Positions 21,192 through 31,333 of a stretch of 64,000 nt of DNA are shown piece by piece. Position 1 is the first letter of the stretch; each line of letters starts with the position of its first letter. The DNA lies in IMG/VR virus record IMGVR_UViG_3300027808_000022, one strand, 5' to 3'. A program made the translations under genes and the position numbers. A model generated the notes under the pieces. It was not told where the DNA came from and did no database searches. It saw only the letters and a list, made by a program, of their open reading frames with translations. This DNA is from an uncultured virus (IMG/VR IMGVR_UViG_3300027808_000022). Lineage: Duplodnaviria > Heunggongvirae > Uroviricota > Caudoviricetes.

Positions 21192-21658
21192 AAAAAATAG
21201 TTAGACTTAACGAATCTATGATTCAAGACCTTGTAAGAAAAGTATTACAAGAACAAAAAAATGAAAGATATATGTTCTTCTCTAATTTAGAACAAATGAA
21301 AAGACAATGTGAAATGTTGTTAGATTTAGATGAATCACAAATTGAAAGTATTCTTGACAATGGTCATGACTGGGCTCAAGACCACATTTCTGAAGCAAAA
21401 AACAATATGGACCAAGTCTTTGATTTTTTAATGAATGAAATCAATGGGGGCGAAGACGAAACAATGGAGGTTGAACCTAATATGATGGAAGGTAAGAAAA
21501 AAACGGGAACAAAATTATGTGTTCGTGGTAAAGCTGCGGCTAAAGCAAAATATGATGTTTACCCTTCGGCATATGCGAATGGTTATGCCGTTCAAGTGTG
21601 TAAAGGTAGGATGCCAGGTTTAGACGGAAAAAAACATTGTTCAGGTGCCTATTGTTAA
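21188..21658 (+). CDS. Hypothetical protein with C-terminal basic Cys domain (KAKYDVYPSAYANG)
   Basis: 156-aa ORF; N-terminal KKIVRLNES motif. Confidence 0.7.
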   Translation: MKKIVRLNESMIQDLVRKVLQEQKNERYMFFSNLEQMKRQCEMLLDLDESQIESILDNGHDWAQDHISEAKNNMDQVFDFLMNEINGGEDETMEVEPNMMEGKKKTGTKLCVRGKAAAKAKYDVYPSAYANGYAVQVCKGRMPGLDGKKHCSGAYC

Positions 21659-21695
21659 TTCAAAAAAAAATTATTATCTTTGAATCCATATTAAA

Positions 21696-22103
21696 ATGAA
21701 AGAATACAAACACATATTCAAAAGGTGGATTCAACGAATGTACATTGATTCTGCAAGAAAAATGGACTACGAACGTGGTCACAGGTCAAAATACGAGTTG
21801 GATTGTTTATCAATTTGTAAAAAATTGATTGATAAACCAGATACTCAATTATTGATGACACCACTTTCAAATAAAAAATACATACACAATCCTGCAAATT
21901 CTATTTTTATTACAATTGAAGGTAATACAGTTAATGTAATTAATCACAAATATTCATATACGGTTGTAATTCAAGACAAATCAAAAATTGAAATAACAAA
22001 TCACTTTAATGAAGTTTTAGAAAGTCAAAGATTAAAAATGGAAGAAGAAATTACTTCCAATATCAAACATTCTCTTAAGAATATATTACAAACATTAGTT
22101 TGA
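21696..22103 (+). CDS. Hypothetical protein
   Basis: 135-aa ORF preceded by TATCTTTG host-type promoter. Confidence 0.65.
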   Translation: MKEYKHIFKRWIQRMYIDSARKMDYERGHRSKYELDCLSICKKLIDKPDTQLLMTPLSNKKYIHNPANSIFITIEGNTVNVINHKYSYTVVIQDKSKIEITNHFNEVLESQRLKMEEEITSNIKHSLKNILQTLV

Positions 22104-22652
22104 TGGACAAACTTCCTTAGCGATTTTTTCTGTTTGTCCTTCTTCAATTAGTCCTATTCTGTGTAATACACAATAATATCTTGGGTTTTCATTTAAATGT
22201 TGTTGTGCAATTTTACGAGCTTCTTTTAAATCTTTAGCATATTGCGATTCAACCATTTCTCCAAGGTCTATCATTTTGTTTTTTCTGACCTGTTCGTTGA
22301 GGATGGACTTAATAAATTGTCTCATACCTTCATTAGTGTTTTTCTTTTTGGGTTTATAAGAGGTCATTATTGGTTTTTGACCTTTACCTGATTGAGTATC
22401 TTTTTTTTCAGCTTCTCTTTTTTGTCTACAAGCATTTTGTTTTGCGGAATCACTCATTTTACCCGCAACACCTGTTGCTCGACACTTTGGATAAGCACCT
22501 TTATCAGTGTCAGAACGACCACAAGGTGGATGTTTTCCATCTTTATCTTTCCTACAAATATTAACCCACGGCCCTTTAGGCTGACTACTTCCTTTTGGCG
22601 CCTTTTTTTTGCCAAACCATACTGCCAAATCTTCATTTAATTGTTGTTCCAT
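22095..22652 (-). CDS. Hypothetical basic Cys-containing protein (WF...WVNI...CGR...YPKCR)
   Basis: 185-aa ORF, TATTTAT upstream. Confidence 0.7.
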   Translation of the reverse strand: MEQQLNEDLAVWFGKKKAPKGSSQPKGPWVNICRKDKDGKHPPCGRSDTDKGAYPKCRATGVAGKMSDSAKQNACRQKREAEKKDTQSGKGQKPIMTSYKPKKKNTNEGMRQFIKSILNEQVRKNKMIDLGEMVESQYAKDLKEARKIAQQHLNENPRYYCVLHRIGLIEEGQTEKIAKEVCPSN

Positions 22653-22701
22653 GTTGTTTTTGTGAAAAAAATTACGATACTTAACATAAATATAAAACCA
22701 T

Positions 22702-22941
22702 ATGGAAAATACTGAAAATACTGAAGAAATGTCAAAAAAAACACAAGAAATTATTGGTTCTCTTTTTGATACAATACATTACACCTCAAATGAACAATTA
22801 AATTCACTTATTGATGGTATGAATGAAGAACAAGCGATATATTGTATAAGACAAGCATTAATCGCTTGCCACGTTAGAGGCGCATTTACAATGGAAGAAA
22901 CCGAAGCAGTTTCAAAGTCTTTAAGAGTTATAAATTCTTAA
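22702..22941 (+). CDS. Hypothetical protein
   Basis: 79-aa ORF with A-rich leader. Confidence 0.55.
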   Translation: MENTENTEEMSKKTQEIIGSLFDTIHYTSNEQLNSLIDGMNEEQAIYCIRQALIACHVRGAFTMEETEAVSKSLRVINS

Positions 22942-23360
22942 GGTCTTGATGGTGTGGGTGTAGGTGTTTTTGTTGGAGTAACCGTAGGTGTTGATGTATT
23001 AGTTGTGGTTACACTTGGAGTAACCGTAGGTGTTACTGTATTTGTTGGAGTTACACTTGGTGTTACTGTATTTGTTGGAGTTACACTTGGTGTTACTGTA
23101 TTTGTTGGAGTTACACTTGGAGTTACTGAAGGAGTTGCGGTATTGCTTGGTGTTTGAGTAACTGGTGGCCATTCAATTGTAGAATCTATTGTTAAATTTG
23201 AAAACGCCGTTTTATATGTACCATCAACATACCAAATGTTTACGGTTTCGTTTCCTTGAATTTCGTAATTATTAAATACAAAATTATCATCACATCTTGT
23301 GTATGATATTACTTTAATACTTTCTGAAGTATTTGTTATTGTTGATTTTTTACAGGCCAT
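22938..23360 (-). CDS. Small Thr/Pro-repeat (mucin-like) protein
   Basis: N-terminal Cys-containing beta domain followed by TPSVTPTNTV repeats. Confidence 0.75.
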   Translation of the reverse strand: MACKKSTITNTSESIKVISYTRCDDNFVFNNYEIQGNETVNIWYVDGTYKTAFSNLTIDSTIEWPPVTQTPSNTATPSVTPSVTPTNTVTPSVTPTNTVTPSVTPTNTVTPTVTPSVTTTNTSTPTVTPTKTPTPTPSRP

Positions 23361-23403
23361 AATTTAATTATTTTTTTTATACATATAAATACCACGTAAA
23401 AAC

Positions 23404-23432
23404 AAAAAAGGGAACCGAAGTTCCCTTTTTTT
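23404..23432. terminator. Intrinsic terminator after major capsid gene
   Basis: aaaaaagggaac-cgaa-gttccctttttt hairpin with A/T tracts. Confidence 0.85.
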
Positions 23433-23449
23433 ATAAGTTTTAAGATAAA

Positions 23450-25306
23450 TTATCTTAATTCTTGTAAGTTGAATGTTCTTACACCATCAACTGTTACTCT
23501 ACCATAGAAACGGTTGTTAACCATTTTCTTAGCGTATCTTGTCATGATACCCTTGATAGGTGTGAAGTTGAATGGGTTATACATAGTTGGAGTCAACTGT
23601 AAAGGAACATATGGAGCGTAGATGTACCCTGTATCCAACAAGCTAGTACCTTTGTGTCCGATTAACACTTGGTTAGCTGGGAAGTAAGGGTCACGATACA
23701 CTTGGTATCTTCCTGACAATGTACCAACTCTTTCAATACCCATGTTGTATTGGTCTTGCTCAGGAGCTGCATTTGATACGTGGAAGTATTCCAAGTCATC
23801 AAAGATAGCAGATACTTCAGAAGATACAACAATCCAGTTAGCACCACCTCTTAAAGTTGATTTGTGAATTTGAGCAGACAATTGGTTAATTGCTGTAATC
23901 AAAGTTTGGTTCCAATCTTTTTGAGTGTAAGGAGTTGTACCAGCAGAAGATAGTCTCTTCCAACCGTTGTAATCCCATCTCAAGTTCCAAGCTGCACCTT
24001 TTCTCAAATCTCTCAAGATTTCTCTATCAATTTCTGCAGCAACTTGCTCAGATAATAATGCTGTTAATTCAGCCTCAGCATCAATGTTGTGGAATGCCGC
24101 AACGTCTTGAGCTAATTCAGGAGACCATTGTGCTCTCAATTTTCTTTCTGTAACAGAAACAGTTACTGACTCAAGGTCAAAAGAAACTTCACCGATTTGG
24201 TCTTCAAATTCCAACTCTTTATACAATCTGTAAACTGCTAAGAATGCATTATTTGAACTTGTTGTAGATGAGAATGTTGAACCTGTGTAACCGTCCATAG
24301 ATGAATCACCACAAGTAATACAAACTGGTACTTGTAAATCAATTTCTAAGAATATGAAACCATTAGCATCACATACGTTGTAGAAAGAACCACCTGAGTT
24401 AGCGTTGTAAGCACCAGGTCCACCAGGGAAATTAACTGTAACATTACTACCATACTGAACAATACCTTTACCATATCTTTGAGTTACAACTCTGAATAAG
24501 TAAGGGTTACTTGTGTTAGCTGAAGTTGTTCCGTTAGTAGAAACACCTAAGATGTTCAAACCTGATATGAATTCTTCAGTATCCATAGTATTACCATTAG
24601 GACCAATCAATTGACCAGCACCAGCGTTAGAGAAACCACTCATAACAATAATTACTTTTCTGTAATTATCTGTACCGTATGCTGCAGGTAATAAATAACC
24701 AGCGTTAGACCAAGCGTAAGTTACAGTTGAAGCAGTTACTGCTGTCCACTGACCTTTTGAATAGTCAAACAAACCAGGAGGATTTAATCCAGCTTCGTTA
24801 CCTTCGTAGAATAAGTCATATAAATCCTTATTGTAAATAGGGTTGAAGTCACCTGTTCCTGAATTGTAACCAGCATCTGGATTACCATTATAGTTTCCTG
24901 GAGCACCTATAGGAGCGTAGTGTGAACCACTATTTCCAAATAGACCATCTGTTGATGTACCACCAGAATAACCTTGAATTTTAGGTACGAAGTAGAACAA
25001 TTTACCGATTGGTAAGTTCATTGCTTGTACAGACACGATGTCGTTAGCTAATAATTTAGAGAATACTCTTCTCACGATTGGGAAAACAACCGTTTCAAAA
25101 GAACCTGAATCAGAAGTTGAAGAAGCTTCGTTAATTAAGTGTGAAGCTTGGTTTTCATACAACTGAGCCACGTTTTCTTTCATGTGACCTTTTAGACCTT
25201 CTAAAAAGCCAAGTTTATCCCATTTGTTGATTGTGTCTTCTTTGATAACTTTAAGGTGTTTCAAACCAATGTTACCAACAAGACCGCTTTCTAATAATGC
25301 ACCCAT
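23450..25306 (-). CDS. Major capsid protein (T4 gp23-like)
   Basis: VRRVF...IVSVQAMNLPIGKLFY, RKLRAQWSPELAQD..AFHNIDAEAEL, AEIDREI, YAPYVPL, KGIMTRY. Confidence 0.96.
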   Translation of the reverse strand: MGALLESGLVGNIGLKHLKVIKEDTINKWDKLGFLEGLKGHMKENVAQLYENQASHLINEASSTSDSGSFETVVFPIVRRVFSKLLANDIVSVQAMNLPIGKLFYFVPKIQGYSGGTSTDGLFGNSGSHYAPIGAPGNYNGNPDAGYNSGTGDFNPIYNKDLYDLFYEGNEAGLNPPGLFDYSKGQWTAVTASTVTYAWSNAGYLLPAAYGTDNYRKVIIVMSGFSNAGAGQLIGPNGNTMDTEEFISGLNILGVSTNGTTSANTSNPYLFRVVTQRYGKGIVQYGSNVTVNFPGGPGAYNANSGGSFYNVCDANGFIFLEIDLQVPVCITCGDSSMDGYTGSTFSSTTSSNNAFLAVYRLYKELEFEDQIGEVSFDLESVTVSVTERKLRAQWSPELAQDVAAFHNIDAEAELTALLSEQVAAEIDREILRDLRKGAAWNLRWDYNGWKRLSSAGTTPYTQKDWNQTLITAINQLSAQIHKSTLRGGANWIVVSSEVSAIFDDLEYFHVSNAAPEQDQYNMGIERVGTLSGRYQVYRDPYFPANQVLIGHKGTSLLDTGYIYAPYVPLQLTPTMYNPFNFTPIKGIMTRYAKKMVNNRFYGRVTVDGVRTFNLQELR

Positions 25307-25342
25307 TTTAGTATTTTTTTTGTTTTTAAGTTTTATTTATTT

Positions 25343-26956
25343 TTATTTTTGTATTTTTTGCATAATATCCTTCATTCTTAAGAACTGTGGATTTTCATAC
25401 GTTTTTGACTCAATTAAGTTTTGTGAAGAACCTGATGCTGGAGATTTTCCAATTTTTTCAATAGATTCTGTTACAACACTTTGAGTACTACTTGTTGTGT
25501 TTAATTCTCCTTTAATTGATGAATATAAAGTTTTAGACTCTTTTAATGATTCAACATCATCAAATCTTCTTAAGATATTAATTTTTTCTTGTTTAGTTGT
25601 AGTATGTTCAGTAAACAATCTTGTAGCGTAAGCCAAGTTTGAATTAAATACTGCAACTTCATTTAATTTATCTCTGAAGATATTAAGAGCTTTTCTATAC
25701 TCTTCATTTTTTTCTCTTAATCTTTCAACTTCCTCAGCAAGAGCTTGATTTGGAATTACTTTCATTTTAGGTAAACCTTTTCTTTCAGCATAATTTCTAG
25801 TTCCATTACCTAATGTTCTAGCCGCTTCTTTAGTTTCCTCTTTTTCGTAATCTTTGTAATGACCATCTTTTTCACCAGCTTTCTTTTCAACACCATCAAC
25901 ATCCTTACGTCTGTATTCGTGTTTTTTAGAACCATACTTATCTTTCATTTCAGCTTCAGTGTATTCAAACTTTTTAGGTTTCAAATTCATACCAACTCCT
26001 TTAGCCATACCTTTTGGTTCAATAGCCGATTCTTTGGTTTCCATTTTTCTACCTTCTTTATATTCAAATTTAGCACTTCCGGTTTTAACACCTTTACCTA
26101 CTACAGGTTTACTCATCATTGACCCTTCTTTAGTTTCCATTTTTTTAACTTTGTTAGTTAAAGAGGATTTAGTTAATTTACCCATAACTGGTTTAATTGT
26201 CATTTTACCTTCAAACATGCTTTCATCACCACTATAATCATTCATGCTTTTATCATCACTATCATCATCCATGTAATCATCCATTTCTATTTCATACACT
26301 ACTTCATCCTCATCAACAACACCATCCTCATTATCATCACCATAATCATTCGGTTGTTCGTAAATGTTCATCTCTTCACCGAAAATATCAGCCATCATAG
26401 AATCTAAATCCTCGTCTGATAATTCTTCTTCTCCATCCATTTCTTGCATAGGTTCGTTTTCCATGTAACTTTCAGTTTGAATAATGTATTCAACATCTTC
26501 GTCTTCATCACTCAAAGTAATTTGGTCGCCATCTTGTTTAACAATGATACCATCTTCATCACTCATAGATTTAAAAACCTTTAAGATTTCATCATCAGAT
26601 GCGTTTGTAAGGTCAATTGGTAGTGTATCATCAGAATCCATATCAAAGTCCATCTCAAGTTCATCTTCCGATTCATCATCGTCAGAATCCATATCAATGT
26701 CCATTTCAACATCATCCATGTTTTCATCATCAGAATCCATATCCATATCCATGTCTAAATCATCTTCCGATTCATCATCCATTTCAACTCCCATTGATTC
26801 ATCTTCAGCCTCGTTTTTCAAAGACTCTTTTACTAATTCTGAGATTTCTTCCTTCATTGTAGAAGCAAGTATTCCTTTTGCATTTTCGGCAACTACTTGT
26901 TCCAAATTTCTCATTTGTAGTAGTGCTTCCTCAACTAACGACTTTTTTTCTGTCAT
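25343..26956 (-). CDS. Prohead core/scaffold protein (gp22-like)
   Basis: Acidic low-complexity and coiled-coil protein directly upstream of the major capsid gene. Confidence 0.7.
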   Translation of the reverse strand: MTEKKSLVEEALLQMRNLEQVVAENAKGILASTMKEEISELVKESLKNEAEDESMGVEMDDESEDDLDMDMDMDSDDENMDDVEMDIDMDSDDDESEDELEMDFDMDSDDTLPIDLTNASDDEILKVFKSMSDEDGIIVKQDGDQITLSDEDEDVEYIIQTESYMENEPMQEMDGEEELSDEDLDSMMADIFGEEMNIYEQPNDYGDDNEDGVVDEDEVVYEIEMDDYMDDDSDDKSMNDYSGDESMFEGKMTIKPVMGKLTKSSLTNKVKKMETKEGSMMSKPVVGKGVKTGSAKFEYKEGRKMETKESAIEPKGMAKGVGMNLKPKKFEYTEAEMKDKYGSKKHEYRRKDVDGVEKKAGEKDGHYKDYEKEETKEAARTLGNGTRNYAERKGLPKMKVIPNQALAEEVERLREKNEEYRKALNIFRDKLNEVAVFNSNLAYATRLFTEHTTTKQEKINILRRFDDVESLKESKTLYSSIKGELNTTSSTQSVVTESIEKIGKSPASGSSQNLIESKTYENPQFLRMKDIMQKIQK

Positions 26957-27038
26957 ATTATTATAGAATAATTTAACATATAAATATATCCATATGCCAA
27001 AAAATTCTGTTTGGGCTTAGTAAAAACCCTAAATAAAT

Positions 27039-27067
27039 AAAAAACCCCTCGGTTATGAGGGGTTTTT
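27039..27067. terminator. Intrinsic terminator
   Basis: aaaaaacccctc-ggttat-gaggggttttt. Confidence 0.8.
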
Positions 27068-27068
27068 A

Positions 27069-27281
27069 TTAATCTTGAATAACTTCGTCTATTTTACTTT
27101 CGGAGACCGCTGTGATTCTCCAATCATGTTGAAACCCAGTATATCGGGATGTTACCTTGGCTTCAACATCAGTTACAGAGTAACCTTTAACCAATTTTTC
27201 CTCTCGGATTTTTTTTAATTTTCCTGTATTTTCATCAGGTAAATCGTACTGTACTTTTGCTACAAAATATTTCTCGTCCAT
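27069..27281 (-). CDS. DUF4494-like small protein (Bacteroidota-type)
   Basis: YFVAKVQY...ENTGKLKKIREEKLV...SVTDVEAKV pattern. Confidence 0.6.
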   Translation of the reverse strand: MDEKYFVAKVQYDLPDENTGKLKKIREEKLVKGYSVTDVEAKVTSRYTGFQHDWRITAVSESKIDEVIQD

Positions 27282-27292
27282 GTTTTTTTAAA

Positions 27293-28024
27293 TTATTTGT
27301 CTAAATAATGATTTAATTTTTTTAATAAGTCAATAGAGCGATTCATTTTTGTTCCACTTTCTTGTTCTATTGGAGATGTTCTTAAAACTTTTTCTTCTTC
27401 TAAATTTTCTTCAAATTTGTTTCTATCATCAGGATTTGTAAATAAGTAAGCACCGGGTGTAGATGGTGAAGATACCAAATCAAAACAGATTAATTCAAAA
27501 TCATCTTGTACTTCATTTTGTTCACCAGTCTTTTTTAATGAACCAACTCCACGTGAAGATATACCCAAAGTAACACCTTGTCTTAACAAGTTTGCTGCTT
27601 GGTCACCCTTTGTAGATACAATCCCTCTCTCATGGAATCCTGGTGAGGTTAGAAGACGTAACTTACCCATAAGGATATGTCCGTCCCACCAAATGTCATT
27701 AATGATGTGAGACACACGGTCAAGGTCAATTAATGATGATTCAGGGTGATTTAATTCTGAAAGAGATGTTCCTTTTTCAATCATCTTTTTATAATTTTCA
27801 GATTCACGTTTTAAAATTCTTTCAGGGTACACCCTACCATTACGGTTTGGTGTGTTGTATTTTTGAAGTACGGCATAGAATTCAAAAGGTTTTGAATAAT
27901 CCAAGAAATTCTTGTGATTTTCTTCAAGCATCTTTTTATTAAATTCATGAGATGGTGACACATATCCTGCGTCCATTTCAATCAATATTCCTTTACCTGT
28001 CTCGGTAGGTCCTAATATTTTCAT
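27293..28024 (-). CDS. Prohead protease (T4 gp21-like)
   Basis: NRNGRVYP, ELNHP, VSH, LGISSRGVGS, FDLVSSPSTPGA. Confidence 0.93.
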   Translation of the reverse strand: MKILGPTETGKGILIEMDAGYVSPSHEFNKKMLEENHKNFLDYSKPFEFYAVLQKYNTPNRNGRVYPERILKRESENYKKMIEKGTSLSELNHPESSLIDLDRVSHIINDIWWDGHILMGKLRLLTSPGFHERGIVSTKGDQAANLLRQGVTLGISSRGVGSLKKTGEQNEVQDDFELICFDLVSSPSTPGAYLFTNPDDRNKFEENLEEEKVLRTSPIEQESGTKMNRSIDLLKKLNHYLDK

Positions 28025-28046
28025 ACGTATGTTTTAGTAATAAATA

Positions 28047-28493
28047 CTAGGATGCTTCTTCTTTGCTCTTTTTAGATAGTGTAAAATCAAAATACTCGTT
28101 CTTTTTAAAGTTTTCAATATAAATTTCTTTGGCAATTCTTTTTAATTTATCTTTAAGAATTGTATCTTTAAAATCTATTTCTTGAGATAAGAATAAAGTA
28201 ATTTCCAAATTCATAAAACTTTTCTTCCCGTAAACAATCCCGCTAGTTCTTAAATCCAAGTCAATAATATAATTGTCTTTAAAAAATGTTGGGTCTAGTA
28301 TTTCAAATATTGTATGTTTTATCTGTCTACTAAAATTTGATACTATTCTTTCCCAATTGTTATAACTTTGTTTTGGTGAAACCCAACTTTGTAGATTAAG
28401 ATAAACCGATTTAAAATTTTTGGAATCAACTGTTCCATAACTCACTTTTGAATTGTTGAATCCTACAATTCGTGATGTTTTTCCTTTTTTCAT
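28047..28493 (-). CDS. Hypothetical protein
   Basis: 148-aa ORF in head module. Confidence 0.65.
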   Translation of the reverse strand: MKKGKTSRIVGFNNSKVSYGTVDSKNFKSVYLNLQSWVSPKQSYNNWERIVSNFSRQIKHTIFEILDPTFFKDNYIIDLDLRTSGIVYGKKSFMNLEITLFLSQEIDFKDTILKDKLKRIAKEIYIENFKKNEYFDFTLSKKSKEEAS

Positions 28494-28591
28494 TAATATT
28501 CATGTGTATAAATTGTTTATTGTTTGAAAAAAAATAATCTAATTTGTTTCTATTGTCAAATTTTTACCAACTTTGTATTATTTACTATAAT

Positions 28592-28780
28592 ATGTTAAAA
28601 GTAAAAATTGATGCAAAAACTCCTTTGGAAAAAGCCTTGAAACAATTAAAAGGAAAGGTAATTAAAACCAAGCAAAATGAAAAATTGAGAGAAAGACTTC
28701 AATATGAAAAACCATCTGTTACACGTAGAGTTCAAAAATTAAAGGCTCAATACGTTGAATCACAAAAACCTAAAGATTAA
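28592..28780 (+). CDS. rpsU: Ribosomal protein bS21 (phage-encoded)
   Basis: 62 aa from ATG 28592: MLKVKI...LEKALKQLKGKV.KT...LRER..YEKPSVTRR...KAQY; the track start at 28544 is over-extended. Confidence 0.88.
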   Translation: MLKVKIDAKTPLEKALKQLKGKVIKTKQNEKLRERLQYEKPSVTRRVQKLKAQYVESQKPKD

Positions 28781-29481
28781 TTAATATTATTATACAAATT
28801 GTATAATTTTACATAATTGATTTTAGAAAACACCTCACCTTTAATTTGTTGGATGGTTTCTTGTAATTTTTTTGTTGTACTTTCATCCATTGATTCATTA
28901 AGATTACTTAATGAATGAATTGTTTTTGTTTTTAATTCTTCAAATTCTTTGGATAATTCAGTATCTTCAGTCATTAACACTTTAGATAAGTCTCTTTTAG
29001 AATCCTCATCTAAATTTTCAATATAAGAACTAATTTCTCTATTGGCAATATTCAATAAAGTTTCCATTGGTAGTTGTATCGCAGTTTTAACTTCAGTGGT
29101 TTCACTTAAAGTTTTTATCAAAGTGTTTCTGCTTTCAACATTCTCCATAATTTTATCAGGAGAATTATAAATTAAATTGTCAATATTTTTGTAGTTATTT
29201 TCACTAACAACATCTTTAACCCAATATTCAATTTTTTGGGTATTTAATTTCGGAAGAATTTTTTCAACTTGTCTTAAAGATTCATTGATGTAAGCCTCAG
29301 ATAATGTCTTATCATAACCTTTTTTCTTGGACAATTCAGTATAAATGTAAAACATTGTACTAACATTTTTGTTTTCCAATACCAATTTTTTGAAGTTCCT
29401 CACCTCAAATTTTGTTGTTTCATTTACATAAGAATTAACCATTAATCCTTCAATTTTGCTAAGTAATTGTCCAAATTTCAT
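28777..29481 (-). CDS. Hypothetical head-module protein
   Basis: ORF downstream of portal; likely start MKFGQ just after TATTTAT. Confidence 0.7.
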   Translation of the reverse strand: MKFGQLLSKIEGLMVNSYVNETTKFEVRNFKKLVLENKNVSTMFYIYTELSKKKGYDKTLSEAYINESLRQVEKILPKLNTQKIEYWVKDVVSENNYKNIDNLIYNSPDKIMENVESRNTLIKTLSETTEVKTAIQLPMETLLNIANREISSYIENLDEDSKRDLSKVLMTEDTELSKEFEELKTKTIHSLSNLNESMDESTTKKLQETIQQIKGEVFSKINYVKLYNLYNNIN

Positions 29482-29494
29482 ATTAATAAATATA

Positions 29495-31303
29495 TCAATC
29501 AATTAGTTTTCCTAATTGTTCTTCAATAATACCTAAAGAACGTCTACCTTTTTCCAAATCAATTTCATCAACACCATAAACATTATCTCTTTCTAATAAT
29601 ATATTCATATTCTTTTTAACAGATTCAGGTGTGATTGCAGTTTCACCTTCAGCCGGTGGAAGTTCACCTCCTGCCGGTGGAGCTCCACCTAAATCAGCCC
29701 CTAATCCACCACCTTCAGCCGGTGGAGATGTTGTTCCTGATGATGGACCATTACCATAAAGTTTATCAATATTATCGAATAATCCGGTATGTGTTATAAC
29801 ATTAGGTGTTGCTTCAATTTCAGCGGCAACCGCTTTCTCAACTCTTTGTTGTTGTAAATCAAGTTTAATATCTTCATCAGAAAAACCAAGAATGTGTTTC
29901 TTAGCCCATGTTTGTGATGTTGGAGCGATACCTTCAACCTTTGTTACAGCGTCTTTGTACAACAACATTTTTTCTTTCCAAACATCTATTGTTAGTAAGT
30001 CAGCTTGTTTAGATGGGTTAGTTAAACTCAATTGGAACGAGTTTAATTCGTCTTCAAAACCCAATAAAAATAAATGAACAATTGCAATTTTGTTAAGTTC
30101 TGCAACCATAGATTTTTGAATTCTATTGATTGTTCTTGCAAAACGAATATCTTGTAACGATAAATTTCTACCATCACCAACAACCTCTTCAAATCCCAAG
30201 AATGCTTTTGGTATTCTTAACGCTGTTAAAAGTTTCTTTTGAATGTATTCAATGTCGGCAATCTCCGATAAGTTTGTCGCTCCTGGCAAAGTCTCAATTG
30301 GGTTTGGTGATGCCGGGTCTCTAACAGGTACAAAGAAATCTTGGTCAACCGCCATTTGATTGAATCTCATATCTACGTTTCCTGTTTGTGGGTCAGTTAC
30401 TTGGTCTTTTTTAAATTGTTGAGCAAATCTTTGAACGTATGGTTGAATATCTGCATCATCCATGTTACCAACAAATACCTTAAATACACGTCTTTCTGGT
30501 GCTCTTGATGTTCTATATACCAACATAGCATCTTCAGCAAGAATTAATTGTTTCCAAATTCTTCTTGCCTTTTCCAACATGGCGGTACCATATGGTAATT
30601 TTCTATCATCACCCAATAATCTAAAGTGAGCAACTTCCCAACTATTAAATTCCAAACTTTTGTTTTTCCAAGTAAATGTTAGGCTTTTGGCATCGCTACC
30701 CGAAGCAACCGCTCCACCCATACCTGAAGTTGCTTTACCTTTCATACCAACTTCAATACGTTCAATTTCAATGTTTGGTAATTGTAAACAACCAACAACA
30801 CCTCTTTCAGGGTCCAACTTTAAAAACACGAAGTTGTCACCATATTTTGCGGTATTACGTGTCCACATTGGTAAGTTTGTGTTAATGTCCAAAGCGTTAT
30901 TAAATAAATCTCCCAATACAGCCTTAATTCTTGGAGAATCGGAGTATATTTGTAACATGTATCCATTCTCATCAACTGTTGTTGATTCTTCAGCGTATGT
31001 ATCTAATGCTGCAGAAATTTCAGGAGTATATTCCATTGACTCATAATCATAATACGATGCCAATCTAGTTGGTTGATAATAAACCGCTTGTGAATATAAA
31101 TTATTTTCAATTTTAGCCCATTGGCTTGTAATATAATATGTTTGTCTGGCTTGGAGTTTTTGTTTTTCATACTCATCCTTGTCAGTAGTTCTTAATAGTT
31201 CTTTTTTATCAAACTTATAAGTAGGTATGTCTTGACCCAACAATGAATTTGGTCCAAGTTCTTGGGACAATCGTTGCCATATTGTCAAGTTTTTTTCTTC
31301 CAT
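29495..31303 (-). CDS. Portal protein (T4 gp20-like)
   Basis: PEISAALD, KYGDNF, EDAMLVYRTSRAPERRVF...VGNM, IETLPG, YIQKKL..AL.IP. Confidence 0.95.
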   Translation of the reverse strand: MEEKNLTIWQRLSQELGPNSLLGQDIPTYKFDKKELLRTTDKDEYEKQKLQARQTYYITSQWAKIENNLYSQAVYYQPTRLASYYDYESMEYTPEISAALDTYAEESTTVDENGYMLQIYSDSPRIKAVLGDLFNNALDINTNLPMWTRNTAKYGDNFVFLKLDPERGVVGCLQLPNIEIERIEVGMKGKATSGMGGAVASGSDAKSLTFTWKNKSLEFNSWEVAHFRLLGDDRKLPYGTAMLEKARRIWKQLILAEDAMLVYRTSRAPERRVFKVFVGNMDDADIQPYVQRFAQQFKKDQVTDPQTGNVDMRFNQMAVDQDFFVPVRDPASPNPIETLPGATNLSEIADIEYIQKKLLTALRIPKAFLGFEEVVGDGRNLSLQDIRFARTINRIQKSMVAELNKIAIVHLFLLGFEDELNSFQLSLTNPSKQADLLTIDVWKEKMLLYKDAVTKVEGIAPTSQTWAKKHILGFSDEDIKLDLQQQRVEKAVAAEIEATPNVITHTGLFDNIDKLYGNGPSSGTTSPPAEGGGLGADLGGAPPAGGELPPAEGETAITPESVKKNMNILLERDNVYGVDEIDLEKGRRSLGIIEEQLGKLID

Positions 31304-31333
31304 AGTAAAAAGTTAATATATATGTATTTTTTA

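Noticed and set aside
26484..26966. Ser-rich plus-strand ORFs
   Set aside because: Antisense to the acidic low-complexity scaffold gene.
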